64,000 nt of DNA from Octopus vulgaris (GCA_951406725.2 OX597816.1:117862001-117926000), one strand, 5' to 3'; shown: positions 1 through 12,900, counted from the stretch's first letter. Program-made: numbers and translations. The notes: a model not told the origin generated them from the letters alone.

Positions 1-132
1 GGATAGTTTTTAAAAATCATGGTGGGTGATAATGTTTATGTTTTGCATTAATAGTTATGGGTCTATATTTACATTCCGATTACTATAGACAAAGATCTAT
101 ACACATCGTGTTTGCAGGGGATATGTAAAGCG

Positions 133-230
<98 letters not shown>

Positions 231-303
231 AAGAAAGAAAGAAAGAAAGGAAGGAAGGAAGATAGATAGATAGATAGATAGATAGAAAGAAAGAAAGATA
301 GAT

Positions 304-373
<70 letters not shown>

Positions 374-374
374 T
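133..374. repeat. compound (GATA)n/(GAAA)n/(GGAA)n microsatellite
   Basis: Tetranucleotide arrays visible directly. Confidence 0.97.
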
Positions 375-435
375 ACACCTGAACTCTTATTTCAGCCTGA
401 AATTGGTAAACATCTGTCCTTGATAAATGAATGAG

Positions 436-720
436 ATTATCATCATCATCATCATCATCAGCAGCATCAGTATCACCATCCTCCTCCTCCTCCTCCACCT
501 CATCATCATCATCATCATCATCATCATCAGTATCACCATCATCATCGTTATCCTCACCATCGTCAAAATCAGGAGCAACAGCAACAGCATTGCTCTTGTC
601 ACCACCACTTCTTGGTGTCGTCAACGTCGATGTCGTTAATATCCCCACCACCATCAACACTCTTCCTAATCGTCCTCATCATGATCATGATCGTCATCAT
701 AATTATCGTCGTTATAGCAA
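436..720. repeat. (CAT)n/(CCT)n trinucleotide low-complexity tract
   Basis: Visible directly; source of the spurious poly-D/S/I/M ORFs. Confidence 0.9.
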
Positions 721-1156
721 AAAAAAATGTAAAAAGAAACAATACAAACGAAACACAAGATAAGCAGTGAACTATAGATGTTGGCATTCTAAAATTAATG
801 GTAAATGAGAAAAAAAAAAAGCCATGAGAATTTAAAATACAGCGAATATTTCAGTCAAAACAGATATAAGAAAGTAAGAAAATGCAATAACGTTCCTTGT
901 AATAGTAATTTGTAAAAGTAAAAATAGAAATTAAAAAAGAAACATAAAAATAAAATAACTAATAATAAATAATAAATAAATCATATAAAAATAAATGACA
1001 AACAAACAAGATACTCTGTATCTCGTTTTGATGCAGATTTTAGATATTTTACAAGTTTAAGACTTTGTTTCGACATAAGATTAAAAGCTAGCAAAGACAA
1101 ATATTTGCTCATCAACAACAATAAACAAGAGTATGTTTAAGTGATATTTCAATATG

Positions 1157-1209
<53 letters not shown>

Positions 1210-1326
1210 ATTTATTTATTCATTTATTCATTTCTACGTTATTTCATGAAAAGTGATTAAGTGGTGGGAGGTTGTTTTACAAAAGATTGTTTTGTTTTTT
1301 TCGCTATGTTTTTGTTGTTGTTGTTG

Positions 1327-1388
<62 letters not shown>

Positions 1389-1403
1389 ATTATTATTATT
1401 ATT
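1157..1403. repeat. (TA)n and (TTG)n/(TTA)n microsatellites
   Basis: Visible directly. Confidence 0.9.
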
Positions 1404-1505
1404 TTGCAGTGTTCGTTTGCCATCGGTGTTTAACTTGTGGGGCATACGTATTGCGAACATGTGTGTACACACTCACAGGCTCTCACACGCACACACAGAT
1501 ATATA

Positions 1506-1920
1506 GGCGCAGGTGTGATTGTGTGGTAAGAAGCTTACTTCTCAGCCACATGGTTCTGAGTTCAGTTTCACTGCGTGGCACCTTGGGAAGGTGTCTTTTA
1601 CTATAGTTTCGGGCCAACCAAAGCCTTGTGGGTGGATTTGGTAGACGGAAACTGAAAGAAGCATGTCACACACACACACACATAAGTATATATTAATGTG
1701 TGTCTCTGTGTGTTTGTGTTTGCTCCCCCCACCTCAATCGCTTGACAACAGATATTGCTGTGTTTATGTCCCTGTAACTTAGCAGTTCAGAAAAAGTGAC
1801 CGATAGAATAAGGACTAGACTTACAAAGAATAAATCCTAGGGTCGATTTCTTCAACTTGAAACTCATTAAGGCGGTACTCAGCATAGTCGCAGTCAAATG
1901 ACTGGAATATGAAAAAGAAT
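1506..1920 (+). mobile_element. SINE family A (tRNA-derived, CORE-like, octopus OR-type), full length
   Basis: Head GGCGCAGGTGTGATTGTGTGGTAAGAAGC, B-box-like GAGTTCAGT, CORE-like CACCTTGGG, internal (CA)/(TA) tract, tail GGCGGTACTCAGCAT...CAGTCAAATGACTG; many homologous copies in the window. Confidence 0.85.
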
Positions 1921-2470
1921 ATATATATATATATGTATGCATACACACATATACATGCATACACATATTCATTCATACTCACACAATGCACAAACACGCG
2001 CGCGCACACATACATACACCCATACAAAGTTCGTATGTATCAGTGTTAGTACAACGTCAATATTTCTTTCCCTCCTTCCTTTCTGAAAAGCAGCTGTATA
2101 CATAAAAATACAGATGTACAGAGAACTATAGACAGATTATCCTTAGTCTAGATAAGCGTATACATAACTGCATACATACATGCATATATACATGCATATA
2201 TACATGCATATGCATATACATTTATATTTGTGTTTGTACATATATATATGTGTGCGTGTGTGTTTGTATGTATATATTACAAATACAAATGTAAATATAT
2301 AAATATAGGAAATTTTGTTTTGGCGATCCAAAGAGGCACGTGAATCTCAAAACATGTAGTTGCTTTTGAATTTTGTAAGATTTATTCAAATACCAAATCG
2401 GTTTCGAGAATTTTTTTTTATCAATGGTAAAAATATAAGAAAAATGTTTTGGGGAATTTACAATTACAAG

Positions 2471-2512
<42 letters not shown>

Positions 2513-2615
2513 GCATGCATACATACATACATACATACATACATACATACATACATACATACATACATACATACATGCATACGTGCATACACACATACAT
2601 ACGCACAGACATACG

Positions 2616-2673
<58 letters not shown>

Positions 2674-2679
2674 TGGGTA

Positions 2680-3165
2680 CAGGGCATCAGCAACTGTGTA
2701 AACAACATGAAGTACGAAAATAAACGAGTTAAATACGCAAACAACGAGAGAAAAAGGGAAACAGGACAAATAACATAGAGAACGACATTTCATCTGTTTT
2801 CGGCTGTCTACGTACTCCTCATTTCAAGCATTCAACGACAATATGAGGCTCCCATAAATTCCAAAATAAAATTTTGAATTTATGGAGGGTCAAAGTTGAG
2901 GGCAAAAACAGAACAGTGGAGACATACAAGGAAATCGAACGAAAACAAACCTGGAGGGTCGTTTGACCGGAACGAGAGGAAAATAGTAAACGCTGGGAAA
3001 AATATTTTCGTTGAAAAGAGAAAAGATAGAAGAGAGAGATAGAAGACGTCCAGTCCTTCGAACGTCGTGCAGGAAAAGGAAGATGGCCACGTGAGGAAAA
3101 GAAAGATGGACGATGTTCACGTGTGAGTAACGAGAGAGAGAAAAGAATAAGAGGGGAAGAGAGAC
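2680..3165 (-). mobile_element. putative Penelope-like terminal (pLTR) or non-autonomous relic
   Basis: Non-microsatellite island between (TA)n tracts; pyrimidine-rich on the minus strand with degenerate GAAA...CAGATGAA; similar in style to 14083-14775. Confidence 0.35.
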
Positions 3166-3196
<31 letters not shown>

Positions 3197-3213
3197 TATA
3201 TATTATTTATATT

Positions 3214-3276
<63 letters not shown>

Positions 3277-3279
<3 letters not shown>

Positions 3280-3702
3280 GACGATGGGATTCCATAATCG
3301 ATCTCATGGAAAATCATCGAGAACTCAGGTCCCTACATCAACGGGATAAAGCTCTGCAAGTTATGAATAGCTGAATACGCAAGAATCCTAAAGTACTCAC
3401 TCGAACTAGGGAACATCCTTAACTCCAGCAAGGAGATTTTCAGGCCATGTTTACATTTCAGTAGGTTCTTGCAGGGTTTTTAGAGTCCACAAGATGGCGG
3501 CACAGCCGGAAGTCGATAGCTAATAGCAAAGGGAGATAATCCTCATTGTTAACTTTGAATAGTGAGGTATTTTCTTCTCTATATTTTTAAGAGGTCTTGG
3601 ACCAACAGGTTTTTGGGATCTGACGATATGCCATAAAGCTAAACCGTTTATGGACGGGAAACCTAAAGTAATCCCATAAACTAGCTTTCCCCATTTTTAA
3701 TG
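3277..3702 (+). mobile_element. Penelope-like pLTR fragment carrying an HHR, embedded in microsatellite
   Basis: Island bounded by (TA)n and (TATG)n; contains an HHR core and adjacent YY1-like and ETS-like motifs. Confidence 0.55.
3611..3680 (+). ncRNA. type I hammerhead ribozyme
   Basis: Stem I TGGGAT/ATCCCA; core CTGACGA 3620-3626; stem II CCATAAA/TTTATGG with mismatched base; GAAA 3658-3661; 2-bp stem III; GTA cleavage triplet 3668-3670. Confidence 0.7.
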
Positions 3703-3744
3703 TATGTATGTATGTATGTATGTATATGTATATATTTATGTGTA

Positions 3745-3801
<57 letters not shown>

Positions 3802-4049
3802 GTAGGGGTGGGTATTATATTCAAATAGATCTAGTGGCGTGTTACATGTTCTGAGAAAGCGAAAGATTAGCAGCTACATTAAACAGGCAGGCAAATGGAC
3901 AGATAAATGGGGGGAGTGATGAATGAAGATTGAGCGAAAAATGTCTTCGTATTCGAACTCAGTATCCTAACGAAACTTATGGTATGGTTAGTTTATTCTA
4001 AGTAGACGCTTTACACCTCTCACTTGCGTTGCTGTCTATCTTCGTAATT

Positions 4050-4450
4050 CTATCCGCCAACAAAGGAACCACTACGTGATCGTCGATCTACGAGAAGTAG
4101 TACACATGTTTCTTTCAATTCACATTGTATCATCTTTACGAAAAATGAAAAAGATCGCATTATATAATGTCGTTCTTGATACATAGCGGTTGGATAAGCA
4201 GAAAAAAAGAAAGATCTAGGTAAAATGCCTTTTAAACATAGGGCTACTCGACCTAACTTGAAATAACAACAACAAATCGTATCTCGCTGTTATTTCTTAG
4301 CTTCAGATCAGCTCTTACTTCTGTTTAAAGACATTCCACCTGAACTCATACCTCCATTTTCAGAGACAGTCTATCTAGAGCTTCATTATCCAATATACCC
4401 TTTCTGACTTTTCTTTGATTTGCGGGAGAATTGGCAACATTTATACTATT
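4050..4450. repeat. two old copies of interspersed repeat family C in opposite orientation
   Basis: Degenerate similarity to 27270-27425, 38690-39280, 39470-39670 and 40470-40600 (CATTATCCAAT...GATTTGGCTGCTATTTCTAGCA-like motif). Confidence 0.45.
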
Positions 4451-4492
4451 CGCTATAAAGTAGTAGTAATGTAAACATATCATTCGATAAAG

Positions 4493-5800
4493 CTAGCAAT
4501 AACACCATATTCTTCCAATTTGACATTGCAGATTTTTATCCGTCGATCTCTGAAAGCCAACGAACCGGTTTGCATAGTCGGAGCCCATTCTCGTTCCTAT
4601 GCCCACTCCCGAGAACTGTTGGTAAAAATCCCTCGCGAACGAGATGCAGTTGAGGGAAAAAACAAGTTCGGCCAAACGAAGAAATGCAGATGTGTCAGGC
4701 TGGTTTGGGTCGAAGGTTTAGGAAGTGTTTGAGTGTAAGAAGCCCTTCCTTGTGTGGGATCACCTTATATAGACTCTTGATACCAAGAGTGAAGAGAAGT
4801 TTAGAGGCGCCAGGATGGAAGAACAAAGAGTTGAAGAGACGGAGATCATGATTAGTGACGTGGATGTGGGAAAGGAGGGAATCTATTGGGAGGCGGGGGC
4901 AAGGACACGGTCGAGGTATTTAGAGATCAATTCCGTGGACAGTTACACGAGGAGAAGATGAGGCGGCCAAGGTTGTTGGGCTTGTGGATTTGGGGAAGGA
5001 AGTAAATGGTGGGGTGCGTGGAGTGCGGGCAATGAGTTTGGAGAGGGTGGGAAGAAGACGGGAGGAAGAGATGAGGTCATGAATAGTGAGGGACACAGTC
5101 TGCTGGTAGTTAGGTGTGAGGATGGAGTGCAGAGGACAATAGAAAGAGATGTATTGAAGTTGGCGGAGGGCTTCAGCTTTGTAGAGGTCTGTGCACCACA
5201 CCACCACGGCTCCACCCTTGCTGGCCGGTTTTATGATGATGTATTTGCGGCGTCGGAGACATCGAAGGGCCGAGAGTTCGGCCGGAGCGATGTTAAACTG
5301 TCGGGGACACCTGCGAAAGTTAAATCGGTCCACAACACGTTGGCAGATGCTTGCAAAATGATCAACTGCTGGAACTGGTGTCAAGTAGGATGGTCGGCGG
5401 CCCAGGTCGGTGAAGCAGTCTTCTTCATTAAATGCAAGTGGGGTGTTGTAGAATAGTGCATATAGCGTGACGCGGCGTACAAAGCTATGAATATTAGCAC
5501 GGGTCTGAAATTCGTTACTGGATGGAGTGAGGGGGTTGAAGCGCAGACCCCTACTGAGAAGAGAGCGCTCCGCCTCAGAGAGGTGAGTATCAGGAGAAAT
5601 AGTACCAACAGACTGAAATGGGGAGGGGTGTATGAGTTAGACGTGGGAGGGATGGTGGCGGCAGTGGAAGGCAACGAGGAGAGAGAGGGGGAGTAAGTGC
5701 GTGGGGGAGTAACGGAAGGGTTGGGGTGAGGATGAAGAGGAGTGTATCGTGAGGGAGTGGGATGGGGAAGGGTGGCTGTAGTAACATCGGGTGGACAGAA
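4493..5800 (-). pseudogene. Penelope-like element reverse transcriptase fragment (frameshifted; no YIDD or GIY-YIG seen)
   Basis: IIIKPASKGGAVVVW matches PLE IKPADKGGAVVV; RTPPF, THIHVTNH-type and FYQQFSGVGIGTRMGSDYANRFVG (YxQxxGxAMGT) motifs across several frames; GC-rich island. Confidence 0.85.
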
Positions 5801-5881
5801 TGACTGAGTGAGTGAAGTTTATGTTGTTTAGTGCGAGCGAGGAACTCGTGGAAAAGATGATTTTTATGTCGTTTAGTATGA

Positions 5882-5939
<58 letters not shown>

Positions 5940-6050
5940 TGTTTGAGTTGCCTAATAGTGGTTTTATCTCTAATTTAATTTATATTTATACTGTGAAATT
6001 TGATTTAATCCTAAATCTAATTTTTCCCTGTAAGTTTGGAGCCATACTCC

Positions 6051-6109
<59 letters not shown>

Positions 6110-6289
6110 CTACAAAATTAGAGAATGGAGAAACATACTTAAATCAATAAAACATCAACCATCCGATGATACCCAATCAATACTTTAATACACCATTACA
6201 TATGAGTAAAGGCATTATACAAAATGAGATATACAGTAATAGTAAAAAGATAAAGAGATATAAGTAAAAATTTCAAATATAATATGCAA

Positions 6290-6420
6290 TTAAATCAAAA
6301 CTGACAGCTGTTTCGGCAGTGAGGGCAGTCATACCTCATTTAACCTATAAGCCATAAAGGCAGGTATAAATGAGGCATTAACAAGGATGCCCCACGGCCT
6401 CTTCAGAGAATTAAATTAAA
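6290..6420 (-). ncRNA. hammerhead ribozyme (mirror copy of 8255-8390)
   Basis: TCTTCAG at 6400-6406 and GACAGCTGTTTC at 6303-6314 give CTGAAGA...GAAACAGCTGTC on the minus strand. Confidence 0.7.
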
Positions 6421-7025
6421 TTTGTTATAATTGTGAAAAATATTATATAATCATATACATATAAATATAAAAATATAAAAATATAAAATATAAAAACTTA
6501 TACATCATAATGCTACACTTATATAATATAATACTCATTGGTACAATGAAGGAAGGTAAGCAGAACAAAATAAAACAAAATATATATCAGTGTATATATT
6601 AATATTAATAAGTACCGATATTATACATATTTGGCTAAAAGTTTTTTTTAAAAAAACTAACACATAGGGAGATGAAAAATAATAATTAAAATTAAAACCA
6701 TGGTTCAGTTCATAAAATTCTAAAGTTATAAAAGTTAATAAAATTACTATTAATATTAATAATAATAATAATAATAGATACAGTTAAGTTTGCACCAAGT
6801 CCATCCTTTCAAGATCGAAATAACTATGAGTTTAGAAATGCTGACCACTAGGTAAAGAAAATTTAGATTAATTCGATTGGCTATTGGTTTGAAATTTAAA
6901 ACACAAAAGAAAATTATACGGTTGGTTAGTCAAGGAACGCCAATATTCACACACGCATCTACAGATCAATCGCACATACACACATAGTTATATGTATATA
7001 CATACACTTATACACATACATAATC

Positions 7026-7430
7026 ACAAGCAACAACTAGCACATAGATAACCAAAAAGGGAAGCAACTATGCTACCATTTAGTCCTTCAAAATTATAAC
7101 TGTGCTTCAAATAACGAAAAAGAACCACCCATGCATTACATAAAATATTTAATTTAGATATAAATATATTTTTAAATATCAGTATGTTACTAAGTCAGAT
7201 AATTATTTCATGGGTAACTTAAAATTTAATAACAAGCAACAACTAGCACATAGATAACCAAAAAGGAAGCAACTATGCTACCATTTAGTCCTTCAAAATT
7301 ATAACTGTGCATCAAATAACGAAAAAGAACCACCCATGCATTACATAAAATATTTAATTTAGATATAAATATATTTTTAAATATCAGTATGTTACTAAGT
7401 CAGATAATTATTTCATGGGTAACTTAAAAT
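7026..7430 (+). repeat. 200-bp direct tandem duplication at the centre of the palindrome
   Basis: 7026-7225 matches 7232-7430 with 1 indel and 1 substitution. Confidence 0.9.
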
Positions 7431-8254
7431 GCAACCAACCGGTGTTATAAATTTTAAGTTACCCATGAAATAATTATCTGACTTAGTAACATACTGATAT
7501 TTAAAAATATATTTATATCTAAATTAAATATTTTATGTAATGCATGGGTGGTTCTTTTTCGTTATTTGAAGCACAGTTATAATTTTGAAGGACTAAATGG
7601 TAGCATAGTTGCTTCCCTTTTTGGTTATCTATGTGCTAGTTGTTGCTTGTGATTATGTATGTGTATAAGTGTATGTATATACATATAACTATGTGTGTAT
7701 GTGCGATTGATCTGTAGATGCGTGTGTGAATATTGGCGTTCCTTGACTAACCAACCGTATAATTTTCTTTTGTGTTTTAAATTTCAAACCAATAGCCAAT
7801 CGAATTAATCTAAATTTTCTTTACCTAGTGGTCAGCATTTCTAAACTCATAGTTATTTCGATCTTGAAAGGATGGACTTGGTGCAAACTTAACTGTATCT
7901 ATTATTATTATTATTATTAATATTAATAGTAATTTTATTAACTTTTATAACTTTAGAATTTTATGAACTGAACCATGGTTTTAATTTTAATTATTATTTT
8001 TCATCTCCCTATGTGTTAGTTTTTTTAAAAAAACTTTTAGCCAAATATGTATAATATCGGTACTTATTAATATTAATATATACACTGATATATATTTTGT
8101 TTTATTTTGTTCTGCTTACCTTCCTTCATTGTACCAATGAGTATTATATTATATAAGTGTAGCATTATGATGTATAAGTTTTTATATTTTATATTTTTAT
8201 ATTTTTATATTTATATGTATATGATTATATAATATTTTTCACAATTATAACAAA

Positions 8255-8390
8255 TTTAATTTAATTCTCTGAAGAGGCCGTGGGGCATCCTTGTTAATGC
8301 CTCATTTATACCTGCCTTTATGGCTTATAGGTTAAATGAGGTATGACTGCCCTCACTGCCGAAACAGCTGTCAGTTTTGATTTAATTGCA
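8255..8390 (+). ncRNA. hammerhead ribozyme with long stem II and palindromic stem III
   Basis: CTGAAGA 8269-8275; extended stem II (GGC.GTGGGGCA/TGCCCTCAC.GCC and ATGCCTCATTTA/TAAATGAGGTAT); GAAACAGCTGTC with cleavage after 8372; stem I weak. Confidence 0.72.
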
Positions 8391-8739
8391 TATTATATTT
8401 GAAATTTTTTACTTATATCTCTTTATCTTTTTACTATTACTGTATATCTCATTTTGTATAATGCCTTTACTCATATGTAATGGTGTATTAAAGTATTGAT
8501 TGGGTATCATCGGATGGTTGATGTTTTATTGATTTAAGTATGTTTCTCCATTCTCTAATTTTGTAGTATTAATTTAAGGTAATATTATTACCTTTACCCA
8601 TATAATACAATAGATGAACTGATTGTTTGACAATTTTTAACATCTATGTATTAATCTTGTTGGGTACCTATCTGGCAGTATATTGGATATATATTATCCC
8701 ATGGTGGGTTGAATTTTCAACCCCTATCTCATTTTATAA

Positions 8740-8778
<39 letters not shown>

Positions 8779-9733
8779 CCCATACATATGTGTGCGTGTG
8801 AGTATGTATGTACGTGTATGTGTGTGTATCTGTGTGTATGTATGATTTTGAGTGTGTGCATATATTCAGAATATATACAGATAAATTGGTATCCATTTAC
8901 TTATGGATCAGTCATTGCATTTTAATCGTCTAAACTTAATTTCATTTTTCTCTTTTCTTTTTCGTGCTCAATATAATTTTGATTTGCAAACTTAAATACA
9001 CACCCAGACACACACACAAACATAAATAAAGACATAAATGTCTTCATACACACGTGCACACACAGATACACACACATGCATATGCACAACCACACACACG
9101 CATACACATACACACAACCATACACATATACGCATAAACTGAACCTCCCACGCACACAGGCACACACACACACATACACACACACAGATACATACACACA
9201 CACAGATACACACACACACACATGTTCAACTGAATTATTGATCTCCTTTTATTGATACCCAACTGCACAATTCGTTTAATTCTCCCTTACAACCTCATTA
9301 TTATCATTATTGCAATCGATGTTTGATATTCCTCTCTTTTCATTGCCGATTCAAAGTAACTTCATCCTGCTGCCAATATCTTTCACTGATTTAAAACAGC
9401 TCTTTGCAATATTTATTCTCCCCTTATTCAACAAGGTTATTTTTGACAGAGTATGTTCTCTGCTGGTTTCTTTTTCTATTAAATATTTGTAATGTTATGC
9501 AATCTATTTTCACCTTCTTAAATTCAATTTATGATCTTTGATTCGAAATTAAAATCCAAACTAAATCATCAATTAAATGTTTAAATCTGTATGAGATAAA
9601 TTTGTTGTTAGCACATTAAATTAGCAACCTTGTTCTAATTACTGCCCTTTGGCAAATAATATGGTTACTACGATATATATATTTATACATGTATGTGTGT
9701 GTTTGTGTATATATGTATATATTTCAATACGGA

Positions 9734-10254
9734 GCAAATAATTCAAGAGAAAATAGTTGCGAAGATATTATTGACCCCATTATTATCTAGTGTAACAATT
9801 AAAAATTATAACAGAATCAATAATATAGGCGGTTGCAGGTTCCAAAAAGCATTAAATAGCTGAAGGATTAAGATTAATCAAAGGACATAAGTATGTCTAC
9901 CTGCTGGAAATAACTGTCAAAACTCTTATTTAAATCGCCGAAAAAAACTGATAATAACTACAGAAATCAACCGTCTGCGGGAAAACGGGCTAAGACCATC
10001 TCTCAACATACATTCAAGTTTGGACTCACGGGAACTGGTTTCTGGACTGGCATTATAGCCTCACCTTCCTCAGCACGCGTTACCATGAAAGCCCCAACCC
10101 ATCACATTGAAGTCTACGCTGCAACTGATTCGCTTTGTGCCGAATCATGGCAGCTACCAGTGTGAAAATGATTTCAAAAGGAGCAAATAATTGTTACTCT
10201 AGATAATAATACGGTCAATATTATCTTCGCAAATATTTCTCCTGAATTATTTGC
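9734..10254. repeat. about 65-bp imperfect inverted repeat pair (MITE or foldback-like)
   Basis: 9734-9800 matches the reverse complement of 10189-10254. Confidence 0.7.
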
Positions 10255-10257
10255 ATG

Positions 10258-10336
10258 AAAACAATTTCAATCAGTTAAGATAAGAAGTCATGAGAGCCAC
10301 TGCCTGGAACTATCATTATTATTGTTATTATTATTA

Positions 10337-10400
<64 letters not shown>
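10258..10400 (+). mobile_element. 3' end of the retroposon seen at 43050-43617, with (ATT)n tail
   Basis: CAATCAGTTAAGAT.AGAAG.CATGAGAGCCACTGCCTGG is the reverse complement of 43078-43120. Confidence 0.7.
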
Positions 10401-10401
<1 letters not shown>

Positions 10402-10542
10402 ATATACACTTTTTTGTAACATTTTAACGTTTGAAGCAGTTGAATTTGTTTCAATATGTAATATTTACTTTAAGAATTTCACACACATGCATATTAATCT
10501 CTTTTGTTTTCAAAATATCTCTCATGCAATATATATATATAT

Positions 10543-10952
10543 ACTCTTTTACTCTTTTACTTGTTTCAGTCATTTTACTGTGGCCATGCTGGAGCACCGC
10601 CTTTAGTCGAGCAAATCGACCCCGGGACTTATTCTTTGTAAGCCCAGTACTTATTCTATCGGTCTCTTTTGCCGAACCGCTAAGTAACGGGGACGTAAAC
10701 ACACCAGCATCGGTTGTCAAGCAATGCTAGGGGTACAAACACAGACACACAAACACACACACATACATATATATATATATACATATATACGACAGGCTTC
10801 TTTCAGTTTCCGTCTACCAAATCCACTCACAAGGCATTGGTCGGCCCGGGGCTATAGCAGAAGACACTTGCCCAAGATGCCACGCAGTGAGACTGAACCC
10901 GGAACCATGTGGTTGGTTAGCAAGCTACTTACCACACAGCCACTCCTGCGCC
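10543..10952 (-). mobile_element. SINE family A, full length, young
   Basis: Near-consensus reverse complement with (CTCTTTTA)n tail and CAGCCACTCCTGCGCC head. Confidence 0.9.
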
Positions 10953-10982
10953 AATATATATATATATTCTTTTTTTTTTATT

Positions 10983-12900
10983 TCACTTGTTCCAGTTCGA
11001 GAGCAGTGGCAGTAGGCTCCGCCTTTAGCTTTGCTACACTTTCACTACTTGAAACCTCCTTTGATATGTGGAATTTGGTGAATGAAGGAATTTGATATTG
11101 CTGCCCTCATTTGCGTTTCCTACGGCAAAGTAGATTCATCCGGAACTCTTAACAGGAGATCCAGTTTTGCTTTGAAGACACCTACATTATCCTATGTAGG
11201 TCTTTCACGCTTTTTTAGAATATATAAAAGCTGTAGGTCTTTGAAACACAAGCTGTTGCAGTATCTAGTCCTGGATCTTGATGGCAATGTTGGGATCTTT
11301 GGCACTATGTATTGGTGCCCTGTTAGGCTGTTTGTGAACTTTCAATGTCAAAGTTTGGTACAAATTCTTCCAGGATTTTCCAGATGTATATCACATCAGA
11401 TCTTTCTCGCCTTCGTTCTAGGGAGAAGTGTGTTAACTTTTTCAGCCTTTCCCAGTAGCTGACATATTGCATTGAAGCCTATAAATTTTAGCGTCTGCTC
11501 TGCTTCCTCCTTTATGGATATGGCATATTATTCTCTCCGTCAGTTTGCCTGGGAGCTTACCATTTGCAGAGACGTTTGGAAGGCAGAATTCAAGTAGGAC
11601 CTTGCGATTTGGAGCAACTGGTAGGCGATAGGTAGTACATATAACTATGCCGAGTTGTCTTATATGTACAATTAGTGTGTCACATACCGTGTTTGAGTAT
11701 GACAAAAGGACCTAGGACGTGAGATCTTTGCGGTTATACATTGCACTTCCACCATAACTCTAGTCTTTTCTGTCGGTTCGCAGTATAACATACTTTGGTA
11801 CGTGTATTTCTGCATCTGCAGTGCCGGATTTGAGGTACGTTTCGGTGAGTGCTATGCCTAAGGCTTGATTGCATGCCACAAGGTCTCTCAGGCAGAGAAT
11901 TTTGGTTCTGTTACTGAATTGTTTAGTAAGAGTAATTTCACACCTGTACTGATGACATTGGTAGTCACCCTGGCTTCATATGCTGTGTATGTTGGCGGGG
12001 ATGACTCCGATTCTGAAATTGATGTAGTCAAGTCAGTTTCTGTACAATCATTTGTACCATGCATAAAAAAGATTGTTGCTCAGCTGCAGTCCTTGTGACG
12101 GCATCTGGACAGGGATGGTTGCTGGGAGGAGTACGCACTGCATCAGCGTATTTTCGTTTTGGTGTTGGTGTTGCACGACTTTTCCTCTTTGAAGTATTTG
12201 TTCATCTTTTGATCCCTCCGGAGGGAAGTTTTTGTTTTGCCTCATATTGCTGTAGCACGGTTTTCAGTGTGGGAAACTGCAGTTTGAACCGTCGGCTTCA
12301 TGTCAACAGACACCGTGCAGATAGAATTTACACACATGTGTGTTTTAAACTGGGGTTCTAATTTCCCTAGTGTTTGTTTTCTTTTTAATTATTGGTACTT
12401 TCACATATGAGTGATCTAATTATTTCTTTCCTTGGTTGTTCTTTTCGGGAGCTGTTTTTCTTCATTTTTATTTGTGCCATCAACATTTTTTGTTCCTATT
12501 TCTTTTCAGAGACTTTTGCTTTCCATTTTTCTTCATTTCCTGTTCCTTTTTTTTAACACTTCGTCTCTTTGGATGTTTACATTGTAGGACCATTAGTGCT
12601 GGTGTCTCTTTCCCTGGCAGGTCTCGCACATATCGTTTTATCTATGTTTCCTTGGGCGGTGTGGTGGTGGGGGATCAGTAGAGCCAGAGGAACATCTCTC
12701 ACATCAGTGTCTCCGTTTTTGTCATCTTTGTTGAGTTTGTTTTCAAGGATGCTAACGTGAGGTCTGTCTGAGCTGTGGTCCTTTCTGTAGCTGTTGCTCT
12801 TTAATATTGCGATTATCATTTGATTTGGATTGTCCGCTTCCGATGTCTGTCAGCCTCTCAAAAACAATTTCAATTCTGTAGCCCTTCAGTTTCAAGATGT
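10983..12900 (-). mobile_element. old, internally deleted copy of the CR1/L2-group LINE (ORF1 + EN start + short RT piece + 3' end)
   Basis: SYSNTVCDTLIVHIRQL...TYR joined to GKLPGKLTERIICHIHKGGSRADAKIYR, then a YWERL-type C-terminus; colinear with 23468-26913; 5' boundary approximate. Confidence 0.85.

Larger units (their letters stand above)
6109..8741 (+). mobile_element. young Penelope-like insertion with inverted 5' copy (2.46-kb palindrome plus 174-bp unique tail)
   Basis: 6109-7228 is the reverse complement of 7448-8567, differing mainly in homopolymer length; HHR in each arm; (TA)n on both flanks. Confidence 0.75.

Noticed and set aside
97-787. Poly-D/E, poly-S and poly-I ORFs
   Set aside because: Translations of (CAT)n and (GATA)n tracts, open in several frames, with no domain evidence
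2325-2362. Possible HHR (CCAAAGAG..CTCAAAACATGTA)
   Set aside because: At least three core mismatches and no stem I
2770-2840. Possible type II HHR on the minus strand (and at 14160-14225)
   Set aside because: Core degenerate and helices not convincingly paired
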